This document shows, in pieces, positions 1 through 8,761 of a stretch of 50,808 nt of DNA. The stretch comes from a virus. The DNA lies in UHGV virus genome UHGV-1367122, one strand, 5' to 3'. Positions within the stretch are counted from its first letter, which is position 1. Each line of letters opens with the position of its first letter. Both the position numbers and the translations under genes were made by a program. The notes beneath the pieces are model-generated. The model did not search any database. It saw only the letters and a program-made list of their open reading frames with translations, and was not told where the DNA came from.

Positions 1-75
1 GCTAAGAGCCTATGGGGCTTATGCGGCTAAGAGCCTATGGGGCTTATGCGGCTAAGAGCCTATGGGGCTTATGCG
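1..75. repeat. Tandem direct repeat, 25-bp unit GCTAAGAGCCTATGGGGCTTATGCG, three copies; the same array resumes at the window end
   Basis: Three exact consecutive copies are visible from base 1, and identical units occur at 50757-50808. Confidence 0.9.
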
Positions 76-100
76 GCTAAGAGCCTTAACGGCTCTTAGC
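76..100. other. Perfect palindrome GCTAAGAGCC-TTAAC-GGCTCTTAGC built from a partial fourth repeat unit; it spans the stop codon of the minus-strand CDS 86-403
   Basis: 10-bp stem with a 5-nt loop; a second hairpin GGCTTT...AAAGCC follows at about 100-128. Confidence 0.7.
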
Positions 101-403
101 GGCTTTTAACTTATCCGGGTCAAAGCCTAGTAATCTTATGGCCAGGTCCGCTGCGGTTTTTAGGCAATTTTCGAATATGCCCATCGCGTCGGCCCCGGTG
201 GCCGCAAAATACGGCCAACCCAACTCGTCGTAGTACTCCATATGGTCCGGGTCGGTTAAGTCTTCGGCGGTAAGTTCGCTATTTTTAACTAAATCTAAAA
301 AAAGCTTAGTAGCCTCGTTAATTAAGGCCAATTTAGTAGCCTCGGGGTTGCGCCAATAGGCAGCATAAAAAGCGTTAAAGTTTTTTAATACGTTCGTGTT
401 CAT
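86..403 (-). CDS. Hypothetical protein (105 aa), first gene of the leftward unit that crosses the junction
   Basis: ORF track; preceded at 471-544 by a copy of the conserved 75-bp leftward promoter-like element. Confidence 0.6.
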   Translation of the reverse strand: MNTNVLKNFNAFYAAYWRNPEATKLALINEATKLFLDLVKNSELTAEDLTDPDHMEYYDELGWPYFAATGADAMGIFENCLKTAADLAIRLLGFDPDKLKAAKSR

Positions 404-470
404 GGCTTATAATTTTTAGGATTATTTGGCAATAGCGCCTAGATGCCGCGACGCGCTGCGCCGCTATCAT

Positions 471-544
471 CTTTATTATTATACCACGAAGATAGCGATT
501 TATTTTTAGCTTCGGATGCATTTTATACTAACGAAGGTTAAAAG
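471..544 (-). promoter_or_regulatory. Copy 1 of a conserved ~75-bp element (contains GGTATAATAATAAAG on the minus strand), putative early promoter
   Basis: Near-identical copies lie at 48763-48836 and 50541-50615, each directly upstream of a minus-strand gene; a partial copy is at 569-610. Confidence 0.55.
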
Positions 545-637
545 CTTTTAGGAGCGTAAAACTTTTTATCCGCGGAAATTTTTTATACTAATAAAGGCTA
601 AAAAATTAGTGGCTGCCCAAGCCGTTAGCAAAAATTA

Positions 638-663
638 GGCCCCCGGTTGGGAGGCCCGGGGCC
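638..663. terminator. GC-rich hairpin GGCCCCCGG-TTGGGAGG-CCCGGGGCC with a T-run on the minus strand (TAATTTTTG)
   Basis: 8 of 9 G:C pairs; the minus-strand reading is followed by T5; lies in an 840-bp noncoding region. Confidence 0.45.
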
Positions 664-792
664 CTTTATATGTATATAACAAAGCATCGTCAAAGAGCAG
701 AAAATTTTTTGGCTCTAAGGCATTCTCGCAAAGCGCCTAACAAGTCTTGAAATAAATAAAAGGCCTTTCAGGTATTCTCGCAATATGGCTAG

Positions 793-837
793 AAACAATG
801 TAAACAATGTAAACAATGTAAACAAAGTATTGTTTAC
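793..837. repeat. Three direct 12-bp repeats AACAATGTAAAC followed by an inverted copy ATTGTTTAC (iteron or operator-like)
   Basis: Seen directly; the same arrangement recurs at 29238-29275. Confidence 0.85.
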
Positions 838-891
838 GCGAGAATGGTATAAAAGTAATTGATTTTCAATAAGATAGGCCATTATGTAAAC

Positions 892-1030
892 AAAGAAACA
901 AAAAAATATAACACTGGCCTAAAATATGATTTGATAGTATTCTATAGAGCAATTATATTATATATAAGAAACTATCAAACCTATATTAGTATATATAGTG
1001 ACTTTGTTTTTTTTGTTTCTTTGTTTATTC
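892..1030. repeat. Inverted repeats GTAAACAAAGAAACAAAAAAA (892-915) and its reverse complement (1003-1030) flanking a ~90-bp AT-rich spacer
   Basis: Seen directly; a parallel structure is at 29311-29440; another palindrome TAAACAA-N12-TTGTTTA is at 1050-1076. Confidence 0.7.
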
Positions 1031-1205
1031 ATTAATAATCAATAGGTTATGAGTAAACAAAGCTCTCGCAATTGTTTATTGTGTTTATTTCTATTCTCGC
1101 AGTAAATAATTTTCATTCTCGCTGAAAAATTTACATTCCCGCAAAAATAAATTCTAATAATATACATTTAACATATAATTGATTGCCTGTTTGAATTATA
1201 TTTTG

Positions 1206-1232
1206 TACCTTTGCCCTATAAAAATTAAAACT
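1206..1232 (+). promoter_or_regulatory. Putative Bacteroidota-type promoter TACCTTTGCCCTATAAAAATTAAAAC (a -7-like TAnnTTTG) ahead of the structural arm
   Basis: TACCTTTG matches TAnnTTTG; a nearly identical box TATCTTTGCCTTAGAAAATAAAAC at 29527-29553 heads the replication module. Confidence 0.5.
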
Positions 1233-1240
1233 TTTCAGCC

Positions 1241-1858
1241 ATGTTTGAAATCAGCGAAAAAATAATAGAAACTGACTGCGAAAGTATGCTCACATCAAAA
1301 TTTGCTGTATTTATGATTGAATTCGAATACGACAATAGAGTATATGTTGGGCATACTATAATGAAGACAGTTAAATCGGAAGTACGCTCATTTGTAAATT
1401 CTGTGCTAGATGAAAGCATAAAACACGGCGAATTATTAAAGCAATCAATGAGCAAAAGTAAAACTCTTTATCTTACAATAAAAGAGCCAGAAGAGTACAC
1501 ACTAGATTCCATATTTAAGCTAAAATATGATTTGATATTATCCTGCGGAAGTTATGAGCCGTTTGGCTTTAATAAAATATGCATGATAGGAAATAAATAT
1601 GAAGCGGAAAAAAAGTATATAAGACAAATACTAAAAGAAGTTGGTAGTTTGTATAAAAAAACGCCATTAGCCTCAAATGCTAGGTCTATAAAAGAATATA
1701 GTTTTGATGCTAATAGCAGAGAATATAAACTTGTAGCTGAATGGCCGTCAATAACTGCGGCAGCACGGCACTATAATCTTAATGCTAGTAACATTGCGGC
1801 TTGCTGCACCGGAAGATTAAATACAGCGTATAGCCGTCTATGGAGATACTCGGACTAA
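1241..1858 (+). CDS. GIY-YIG / NUMOD1-like homing-endonuclease-like protein (205 aa)
   Basis: Degenerate GIY...YVG N-terminus (VFMIEF...RVYVGHT); C-terminal SITAAARHYNLNASNIAACCTGRLNTAYSRLWRY resembles the NUMOD1/IENR DNA-binding motif of I-TevI-type enzymes; free-standing next to terminase. Confidence 0.45.
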   Translation: MFEISEKIIETDCESMLTSKFAVFMIEFEYDNRVYVGHTIMKTVKSEVRSFVNSVLDESIKHGELLKQSMSKSKTLYLTIKEPEEYTLDSIFKLKYDLILSCGSYEPFGFNKICMIGNKYEAEKKYIRQILKEVGSLYKKTPLASNARSIKEYSFDANSREYKLVAEWPSITAAARHYNLNASNIAACCTGRLNTAYSRLWRYSD

Positions 1859-1871
1859 AAAAATCAAAAGT

Positions 1872-2660
1872 ATGAGTAAAAAAGATAAAATAGCAGAGCA
1901 GCTTAGTGACTTACTGCCCGATAGACCTAAAATGCCAGGCCTCAGTAACCCGGATGCCCCAAAAATGGTAGAGGAAGAGGCCGCGCGTATTAAAGCAAGG
2001 CAAGATGCTAAAGAGGTAGCCCGTATAAAGTACCTAGAGAAGCAAAAACTTCGTAATTTAGAGGCCAAACAGGCCGAGCGCCAGGCTTTGGCAGAAGAGC
2101 TAGGCCGGTATGAGCTTCCGGCAGGCCAAACAATTCATCAAGCTAAGCAAATAGCGGAGCAAAAAAAGAAAATCGAGACGCTTGAGGCTATTGAGGCGCA
2201 AGTCGTTCAGCCTTTGCACCCCGCTGAGCTGGCAGACAATACTCCCGGCAAAAAAACGTATTCTAATATGGTCAGGCAGGCTATTCAAATGCAAGGCACT
2301 ACGCGCCCAGAAGTGCTTAAATTGCTCGCATCATTAAATATTAACCTAAATGTTCAACTCTCAAAACAAGATACAGCTAATTTATTGGCTTGCCTGCTGA
2401 CCTGTAATGAGGCTCAACTTGCGGCACTATATAATAATAAAAAAATACCTATTGTCATTAAAACAGTCATTAAGAGATTGCAGGAAGACGCGAAGCTTGG
2501 CAATATAGAGACAGTTGAAAAGTTGTGGGATAGAGTGTTTGGCAAAAATGCTATGTCCCTCAATCTTCCAGAGCAGACCCAATTGGAGACGGGCATTCTG
2601 CCAGATGTACCGGTAAGCCGCGAAGCCTATATAGTTATTAGAGATACGCTATTAAAGTAA
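1872..2660 (+). CDS. Putative terminase small subunit (262 aa)
   Basis: Position immediately upstream of the large terminase; charged coiled-coil N-terminus; no motif confirmation. Confidence 0.35.
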   Translation: MSKKDKIAEQLSDLLPDRPKMPGLSNPDAPKMVEEEAARIKARQDAKEVARIKYLEKQKLRNLEAKQAERQALAEELGRYELPAGQTIHQAKQIAEQKKKIETLEAIEAQVVQPLHPAELADNTPGKKTYSNMVRQAIQMQGTTRPEVLKLLASLNINLNVQLSKQDTANLLACLLTCNEAQLAALYNNKKIPIVIKTVIKRLQEDAKLGNIETVEKLWDRVFGKNAMSLNLPEQTQLETGILPDVPVSREAYIVIRDTLLK

Positions 2661-2675
2661 TATACGTGCACGTAC

Positions 2676-4283
2676 GTGCATTACAACATAGATAATATGC
2701 CACAAGAAAGATTTAAGTCATTAAAGGAGATGCAAAATGAGGTGGACAGTAGCAAAAATAGCGCGGTAAACCCCAAAGAGCTGCTAAGGCTTGAACTTTT
2801 AACGTCATTCGAAAAATATACAAAAGCGCTGTTTAAGGCGCAATACCACCGGTCCTTTATAGTAGCCGAGCATCATAAGAAGATGTTCTCGGCGCTGCAA
2901 GATGTTGTAGACGGTAATTGTAAACGCCTTATTATTAATATCGCGCCACGATACGGGAAAACAGAACTTGTAATTAAGTCATTTATATCATGGTGTTTCG
3001 CGCTTAACCCAAAATGTAGGTTTTTGCATCTATCATATTCAGATATACTTGTAAATGATAATTCAGATACAATTAGGTCCATTATGATGGAGCCACTCTA
3101 TACAACTCTTTTCCCCCAATCAGCTCTTGCATCCGAGAAGGGCTCAGCTAAGAGGTGGAAGACCAAGGCTGGAGGAGAGCTGTACGCCGTATCAACCCAA
3201 GGCCAGGTAACTGGTTTTGGTGCAGGAAATGTTGATATTGACCCGGAACTTGACAAAATGGATGGCGGCAATAACATTTTCGTATTTGACGACCATACAA
3301 ATGAAATGCTGAACATGATTGGCGCCACTACTAACATATTTCAAGGCGCTATTGTCATCGACGACCCAATTAAACCAGAAGATGCGGAGTCTGATATTGT
3401 GCGTGAGCGTATTAACCTGCGTTTTGAAAATACTATACGTAACCGTACTAACTCGCGTAATACACCAATCATAATTATTATGCAAAGGCTACATGAGCAC
3501 GACTTGTGCGGCTATTTGCAAGAGATAGAGCCGGATGAGTGGACCGTATTATCGCTTCCAGCAATCCAAACAGACCCAGAAACAGGAGAAGAGCGCGCAT
3601 TGTGGCCTATGAAGCACACCTTGGAAGAACTCTATAAGATGAGAGCGCTTAATCCGGTTGTGTTTGATACGCAGTATATGCAAGACCCGACGCCTAAAGA
3701 GGGTCTTATGTATGCCGAGGGCTTCAGAACGTACAGAAGAGAGGAGCTGCCATCTGGCAATAAGGCAATTCAGAAATGGAATTACACAGATACTGCTGAT
3801 ACAGGTGCAGATGATTTGTGCTCTATATGCTTTATAAATACGCCAGAGTATGCGTACGTGACAGATGTTTTGTTCACAGACGCCCCTATGGAAGTGACCG
3901 AAAATAAGAATGCGGAGATGCTCACTAGAAATCAAACTGTAGAGACACTAATCGAATCGAACAATGGTGGTAGAGGCTATGCGCGCAATGTCAAACGTAT
4001 ATTAAGAGTTGATATGAAGAACTTTAGGTGCGTTATACGGACATTTACGCAAACAGAAAATAAGAAAACACGCATTTATACTAACTCTGCCTGCGTTATG
4101 AACGACATATTGTTTCCAGAAGGGTGGGAAAGGAGATGGCCTAAGTTTTATAGCGCCCTGATGTCTTATAGAAAAGATAACAAAAAGCGTAACCAGCATG
4201 ATGATGCGCCAGATGCGTTAACAGGCGTATATGAGATGCACGCTAAAAAAGGAGGCAGGAAGAAAATCAAAACTCGTAATTAA
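2676..4283 (+). CDS. terL: Terminase large subunit (535 aa)
   Basis: Walker A-like APRYGKT; size, gene order before portal, and C-terminal acidic nuclease-like region. Confidence 0.7.
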   Translation: MHYNIDNMPQERFKSLKEMQNEVDSSKNSAVNPKELLRLELLTSFEKYTKALFKAQYHRSFIVAEHHKKMFSALQDVVDGNCKRLIINIAPRYGKTELVIKSFISWCFALNPKCRFLHLSYSDILVNDNSDTIRSIMMEPLYTTLFPQSALASEKGSAKRWKTKAGGELYAVSTQGQVTGFGAGNVDIDPELDKMDGGNNIFVFDDHTNEMLNMIGATTNIFQGAIVIDDPIKPEDAESDIVRERINLRFENTIRNRTNSRNTPIIIIMQRLHEHDLCGYLQEIEPDEWTVLSLPAIQTDPETGEERALWPMKHTLEELYKMRALNPVVFDTQYMQDPTPKEGLMYAEGFRTYRREELPSGNKAIQKWNYTDTADTGADDLCSICFINTPEYAYVTDVLFTDAPMEVTENKNAEMLTRNQTVETLIESNNGGRGYARNVKRILRVDMKNFRCVIRTFTQTENKKTRIYTNSACVMNDILFPEGWERRWPKFYSALMSYRKDNKKRNQHDDAPDALTGVYEMHAKKGGRKKIKTRN

Positions 4284-4284
4284 T

Positions 4285-4500
4285 ATGGAAAAGATGATAA
4301 GCCCAAATGGTGTAAAAGCAAATATGTGTTGCGCAAGTTGCTTATATTACAACTCTATACGATTTTTTTTTGCAAGCCATAATATAAAAAGATTGTGTAC
4401 TAAGAAAGATAAAGCTATAGTTGATGGTAGGTATAAATGCGGGTATTATGTAATGGCTAAATTCTTTCAAGAACGAGGCTATAAGACGATAAAAGATTAA
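4285..4500 (+). CDS. Small Cys-containing hypothetical protein (start trimmed to the ATG after the terL stop)
   Basis: ORF track 4231-4500; the in-frame ATG at 4285 avoids overlap with terL. Confidence 0.3.
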   Translation: MEKMISPNGVKANMCCASCLYYNSIRFFFASHNIKRLCTKKDKAIVDGRYKCGYYVMAKFFQERGYKTIKD

Positions 4501-4753
4501 TTTCTCGCGATATTCTCGCAAATAAAATAGCTTTATTTATTATATAATGTATACTTTATTAGTAATGAATTTTAGTTCGCGTGGCTTAAATAAAATTTTT
4601 ATGGTTAAATATGTTAAAGAACAATTATGTTTCAGTAGATATTAGTATATTTGCCTAGTAAAGAAGTAAAACTTCGGTACGTAAAACAGATAATTCGATG
4701 CTAGTTAAGGGTAGCTACTCGGTAATGTATAACAATTAAAATTATAAACATTT

Positions 4754-5404
4754 ATGGGATTAAATTGTGGATGTCCCGCCGGCGCACACATTGCGGACCT
4801 CGAAATAGCGGAATGCAAAGAGAGCATGGGGCAGGTACAAAAAGTTGCTTTCCAGCGTATCTATAAGACCGCAGGTGAGAAGAACTCCGTTGCTGACCCG
4901 ACTAAAAAGGCCTCGTTTGCAACTTTGTTTTCCGCTTCTGACGGCAGTAAAATGACAGTTTCTCCTTATATCCAGGGGCCTACGTCTGAACCTGGCGCTG
5001 CTCGTACATTTGGTGGCGGTAATCAGACCCTCGGCGGTATTGAAATCACTATTGGCCGTGAGCCTACCACGTTCTCGGCTACCATTTATCAGGAGAGCCA
5101 AAAAACTATCGCCCAGTTAAAGCAGTACATGTGTGAAAATGTAGGCGTCTGGTTGATTGATGAAAATGGCAACATTGGGTGCCTTGTTGATGACGTAAAT
5201 GAGCCCGGAGCTTATTACCCGATTCCAATTGGCAAACTGTTTGTGGGTGACAAGAAGCTAGGCGGGTTTGAGGAGCCAGATAGCAACGCTATCGAATGGT
5301 CATTCTTCCCCAACTGGAGTGACAAATTTATTATTATCAAGCGTGAGTCTCTTGACTTTAACCCTCTTACCGATTGGGTGAATGTATCATCCTCTAGTGT
5401 TTAG
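4754..5404 (+). CDS. Hypothetical virion-associated protein (216 aa) with GC-rich, high-expression-like codon usage
   Basis: ORF track; the overlapping antisense ORF signals GC-rich codon bias like the capsid gene. Confidence 0.45.
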   Translation: MGLNCGCPAGAHIADLEIAECKESMGQVQKVAFQRIYKTAGEKNSVADPTKKASFATLFSASDGSKMTVSPYIQGPTSEPGAARTFGGGNQTLGGIEITIGREPTTFSATIYQESQKTIAQLKQYMCENVGVWLIDENGNIGCLVDDVNEPGAYYPIPIGKLFVGDKKLGGFEEPDSNAIEWSFFPNWSDKFIIIKRESLDFNPLTDWVNVSSSSV

Positions 5405-5480
5405 AGTGGTAGCTTCAGCCGACTGGAGTTCTCCACTGATTTCGCCATAGGCTGAAAGGCTCCAAAGGTCAAATAAAAGT

Positions 5481-5693
5481 ATGAGAAAGAAAAAAGAAAA
5501 AACAGTAACGTTAGTTGTGCCTAAGTACAATATCAAGCAGGAATTCGGTGTTGAACATGCCGAGCGCCTGCTTGATATGGGCACGCTACTGAACGGCGGG
5601 TGGGAACTGCCAAAGGATAGTAATTATATATACGATTTGGAAAATGGCCTTAGAGTTAAGTCAGATAAAGCAGATTCTGCAAAAGCCGTCTAA
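5481..5693 (+). CDS. Small hypothetical protein (70 aa)
   Basis: ORF track; Lys-rich N-terminus. Confidence 0.3.
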   Translation: MRKKKEKTVTLVVPKYNIKQEFGVEHAERLLDMGTLLNGGWELPKDSNYIYDLENGLRVKSDKADSAKAV

Positions 5694-7386
5694 AAGACAG
5701 GTTATTCAGAAGGCTGTAAATATGCAGCGCCGTCTTAGGTTTCATACTGAGACGAATATCGCCGTATCTGATATTAACCAACCTACTACTGTTTTCTTAC
5801 AATGGGTTAAGGCCCTTCTCCCAAAGGATAAGTTCAACATTTTCCTTCAGCTGTTCAAATTTCCGCTACCCACTCCCGCTGTAGTTGAGGACGTCTATAG
5901 AGAACTCGAAAGAGTTTTCTATAGCCGTAACTCATCTAGCTCATATCAGTTTACTGATTCTGAGCTTGCAGAAGACTGGGCTAATTATAAAAAGAGCTCT
6001 CTTAATGAGCCGGAGGTATGGAAGACAACCGGTTGGGAGAGAATGCAAGTATCGCCTAACAGTATTTTGGTGGTTGACTTGCCGAAAATTCAAAAATCAT
6101 CTCGCCCAGAGCCCTATTTTTATTGGCTCGAGATTGACGCGGTTATTGATTATAAGCTTTCAAAGCTTGATGACAATGCTTTTGAATGGCTTATTTTCAA
6201 TCAGCCTAACCGTCAGATAGCTGTATTTGATGATACTTACATAAGAGTTTACCAGTTAAACGAAAAGAATGAAATTCAGTCTCTAGTTTCAGAGGCAAGA
6301 CACAATTTAGGGTATTGCCCTGCTCGTTTCTTTTGGTCTACTCAGCTTAATGAGAAAAACAAAGACCTTAAGAAAAATCCAATTACAAAGGAGCTATCAA
6401 ACCTTGATTGGTATTTGTTCTTTGCCTTGTCAAAGCAGCATTTAGACTTGTATGCGCCTTATCCTATATATAGCGCGTATGAAGCTGATTGCAATTTTGA
6501 AAATAATGAGACTGGCGATTATTGCGATGGCGGTTTTCTGCGCAATGCAAAAGGAGAATACAAAATCCTTAACGACGGCACAGTTGAAAGGTGTCCGTGC
6601 TGTAGTGAAAAGCGTATAGCTGGCCCTGGCTCGTTCCTTGAGGTCCCGGTACCTAATCAGTCCGAAGGCGTGGCAGATATGCGTAATCCTGTGCAGATTA
6701 CCACTATTGATAAGGCTTCACTTGATTATAATGTCAGTGAGTGTGCGAGACTAAAAAATGAGATTGTTATCTCTGTAGTTGGCTCAGGAGGAACGGTAAG
6801 TGAAAAAGAAGCAATTAATGAAACGCAGGTAACGGCTAACTTTGAGAGCAAAACATCTGTTCTTAATGCGCTAAAGACCAACTTCGAATTGGCACAAAAA
6901 TTCATCGAAGATACTATTTGCAAACTCAGATATGGAGATGCTTTCATCTCATCGTCTATTAGCTGGGGTACAGAGTTTTACGTTTTTACTGTAACGGAAC
7001 TATACTCTAAGTACAAGCAGGCAAAAGAAAATGGGGCCTCTAACTCAGAACTTGATGCTATTTCGCAACAAATTCTTGAAGTTGAGTACCGTAACAACCC
7101 TCTTGTACTTCAAAGAATGCTGATTTTGAAGCAACTTGAGCCTTATCCACATAAAACGCTGGATGAGGTAATAAAGTTGTTTGAAAAAGGGTTACTAGAT
7201 GAAAAACGCGTAAAGCTGAAAATCAATTTTAATACTTTGGTTGATAGGTTTGAGCGTGAAAACATTAATATAATTGAGTTTGCATCTAAAAAACCACTGA
7301 GAGACAAAATAAATATCATAACAAATAAACTTTTAGAATATGTCGCAGAAGATGGAATTGCAACAGCTACGGAGCCACAGTCTTGA
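5644..7386 (+). CDS. Putative portal protein (580 aa)
   Basis: Size and position between terminase and scaffold/capsid genes; no motif confirmation. Confidence 0.45.
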   Translation: MALELSQIKQILQKPSKRQVIQKAVNMQRRLRFHTETNIAVSDINQPTTVFLQWVKALLPKDKFNIFLQLFKFPLPTPAVVEDVYRELERVFYSRNSSSSYQFTDSELAEDWANYKKSSLNEPEVWKTTGWERMQVSPNSILVVDLPKIQKSSRPEPYFYWLEIDAVIDYKLSKLDDNAFEWLIFNQPNRQIAVFDDTYIRVYQLNEKNEIQSLVSEARHNLGYCPARFFWSTQLNEKNKDLKKNPITKELSNLDWYLFFALSKQHLDLYAPYPIYSAYEADCNFENNETGDYCDGGFLRNAKGEYKILNDGTVERCPCCSEKRIAGPGSFLEVPVPNQSEGVADMRNPVQITTIDKASLDYNVSECARLKNEIVISVVGSGGTVSEKEAINETQVTANFESKTSVLNALKTNFELAQKFIEDTICKLRYGDAFISSSISWGTEFYVFTVTELYSKYKQAKENGASNSELDAISQQILEVEYRNNPLVLQRMLILKQLEPYPHKTLDEVIKLFEKGLLDEKRVKLKINFNTLVDRFERENINIIEFASKKPLRDKINIITNKLLEYVAEDGIATATEPQS

Positions 7387-7405
7387 AGAAGTTAAAGCCT
7401 ATAAG

Positions 7406-7792
7406 ATGGAGGCTCAAAAACGTAAAGCCGAGCTTGAAGCCTTGAAAGCTAAAGGCGGTGAAGCCTGGACACCTGAATTGCAGGAAGAACTCGACGAGTT
7501 GGCTTTGTTCTTGGTAGACGTTGACGACGTCATTGAAGAAAAAATGGTTACTAAAACTGCTTCTTATAAGCCGGCGCCTGGAACAGAAAAGATGGTACAT
7601 TTGGCATTAGTACGGGGCCGCCGTTTTAACCCGCTCACCGGCAAAGAAGAATCAAAAGTATTTACTCAGTTGTTTACATTTGCAGAATGGCAGTTGTTCA
7701 AGAAGAATTACAAAAATCTAGGCTATACTGTTGTGGCTGCTATGCATGACCCTTATGGAGACGCCGCGGAGATTGTAACGAAAACCAATTAA
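7406..7792 (+). CDS. Head morphogenesis-associated hypothetical protein
   Basis: ORF 7340-7792 with an in-frame ATG at 7406 after the portal stop. Confidence 0.35.
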   Translation: MEAQKRKAELEALKAKGGEAWTPELQEELDELALFLVDVDDVIEEKMVTKTASYKPAPGTEKMVHLALVRGRRFNPLTGKEESKVFTQLFTFAEWQLFKKNYKNLGYTVVAAMHDPYGDAAEIVTKTN

Positions 7793-7813
7793 CAACTTAA
7801 AATTCAAAGCTAT

Positions 7814-8761
7814 ATGTTAACAATTGAGATGCTTCGGCAGAGTTCAGCCCTTTCAGGCCTTACAGATACCCAGTTTACCGCTATTGCTGAAATGTCAAAA
7901 AATGACGAAAATGCGGTCATTGGAACAAAGATTGGCGCTCTGCACGGCCAGTATGATGCTGATATTTTTGGCATTACCGGTATCAAGAAAAAAGACGGCG
8001 AAAAAAGCTACGACTACGCAAAGCGTGTACTCGGCGAGTATAAAACAAAGGCTGAGTCTGTAAAAACAATTCAGACAGAGCTTAGCGCAGCTAAGGCCCA
8101 AGTTACAGAGCTTCAGTCTAAGCTTGAAAAAGGCGCAGGAGATGAAACTTTGCGTCAGCAGCTAAAAGATGCCAAGGCACAAGTTACTCAGCTTCAGGAG
8201 CAGCTTCAAACAAAAGAAACGGAGTTTAACTCTAATAAAACAGAGTTTGAAACTACTCTTAAGAATACGCATGTAGATTATGCTTTCCAAGCTGCTACAG
8301 CTGGTCTTAAGTTCAAAACCGGTATTACTGAGCCAATTCAGAAGACACTGCTTAATGCCGCTAAAGCAGAAGTGCTGGCAAAAGGAACTCCTGATTTTAT
8401 CGAAGACGGCCACGGTGGCAAAAAGCTTGTTATCCGCGGCGCCGACGGCAACATCCTTAACAATCCTAAGAATAACCTCAATCCGTATACAATGCAAGAG
8501 CTTGTTATGGAAACATCGCTGAAAGATGTAATTGAAGTTGGCCGCCAGCAAACTGGAGGCGGTACAGAAGGCTTTGGGTCAGGCTCTGGCGGTACGGGCG
8601 GAACACTCGACTTGTCTGGCATCAAGAACCAAGTAGAAGCTGACAAAGCTATTGAGGCCCATCTACTTGCAAATGGCCTAACCAGAGATTCTCAAGAGTT
8701 TGCAGACCAGTCTTTGCAATTGAGAACGGAAAACAATGTAGCAAGCTTGCCTATCAAATAA
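7814..8761 (+). CDS. Putative scaffolding protein (315 aa, coiled-coil, Gly-rich C-terminus)
   Basis: Heptad-rich QxxLxxAKAQVTELQ repeats; located immediately before the capsid gene. Confidence 0.5.
   Translation: MLTIEMLRQSSALSGLTDTQFTAIAEMSKNDENAVIGTKIGALHGQYDADIFGITGIKKKDGEKSYDYAKRVLGEYKTKAESVKTIQTELSAAKAQVTELQSKLEKGAGDETLRQQLKDAKAQVTQLQEQLQTKETEFNSNKTEFETTLKNTHVDYAFQAATAGLKFKTGITEPIQKTLLNAAKAEVLAKGTPDFIEDGHGGKKLVIRGADGNILNNPKNNLNPYTMQELVMETSLKDVIEVGRQQTGGGTEGFGSGSGGTGGTLDLSGIKNQVEADKAIEAHLLANGLTRDSQEFADQSLQLRTENNVASLPIK

Noticed and set aside
1-85. Tandem 25-bp repeats considered as a CRISPR array
   Set aside because: The units abut directly with no spacers and are identical. The pattern is a simple tandem or terminal repeat, not a repeat-spacer array.
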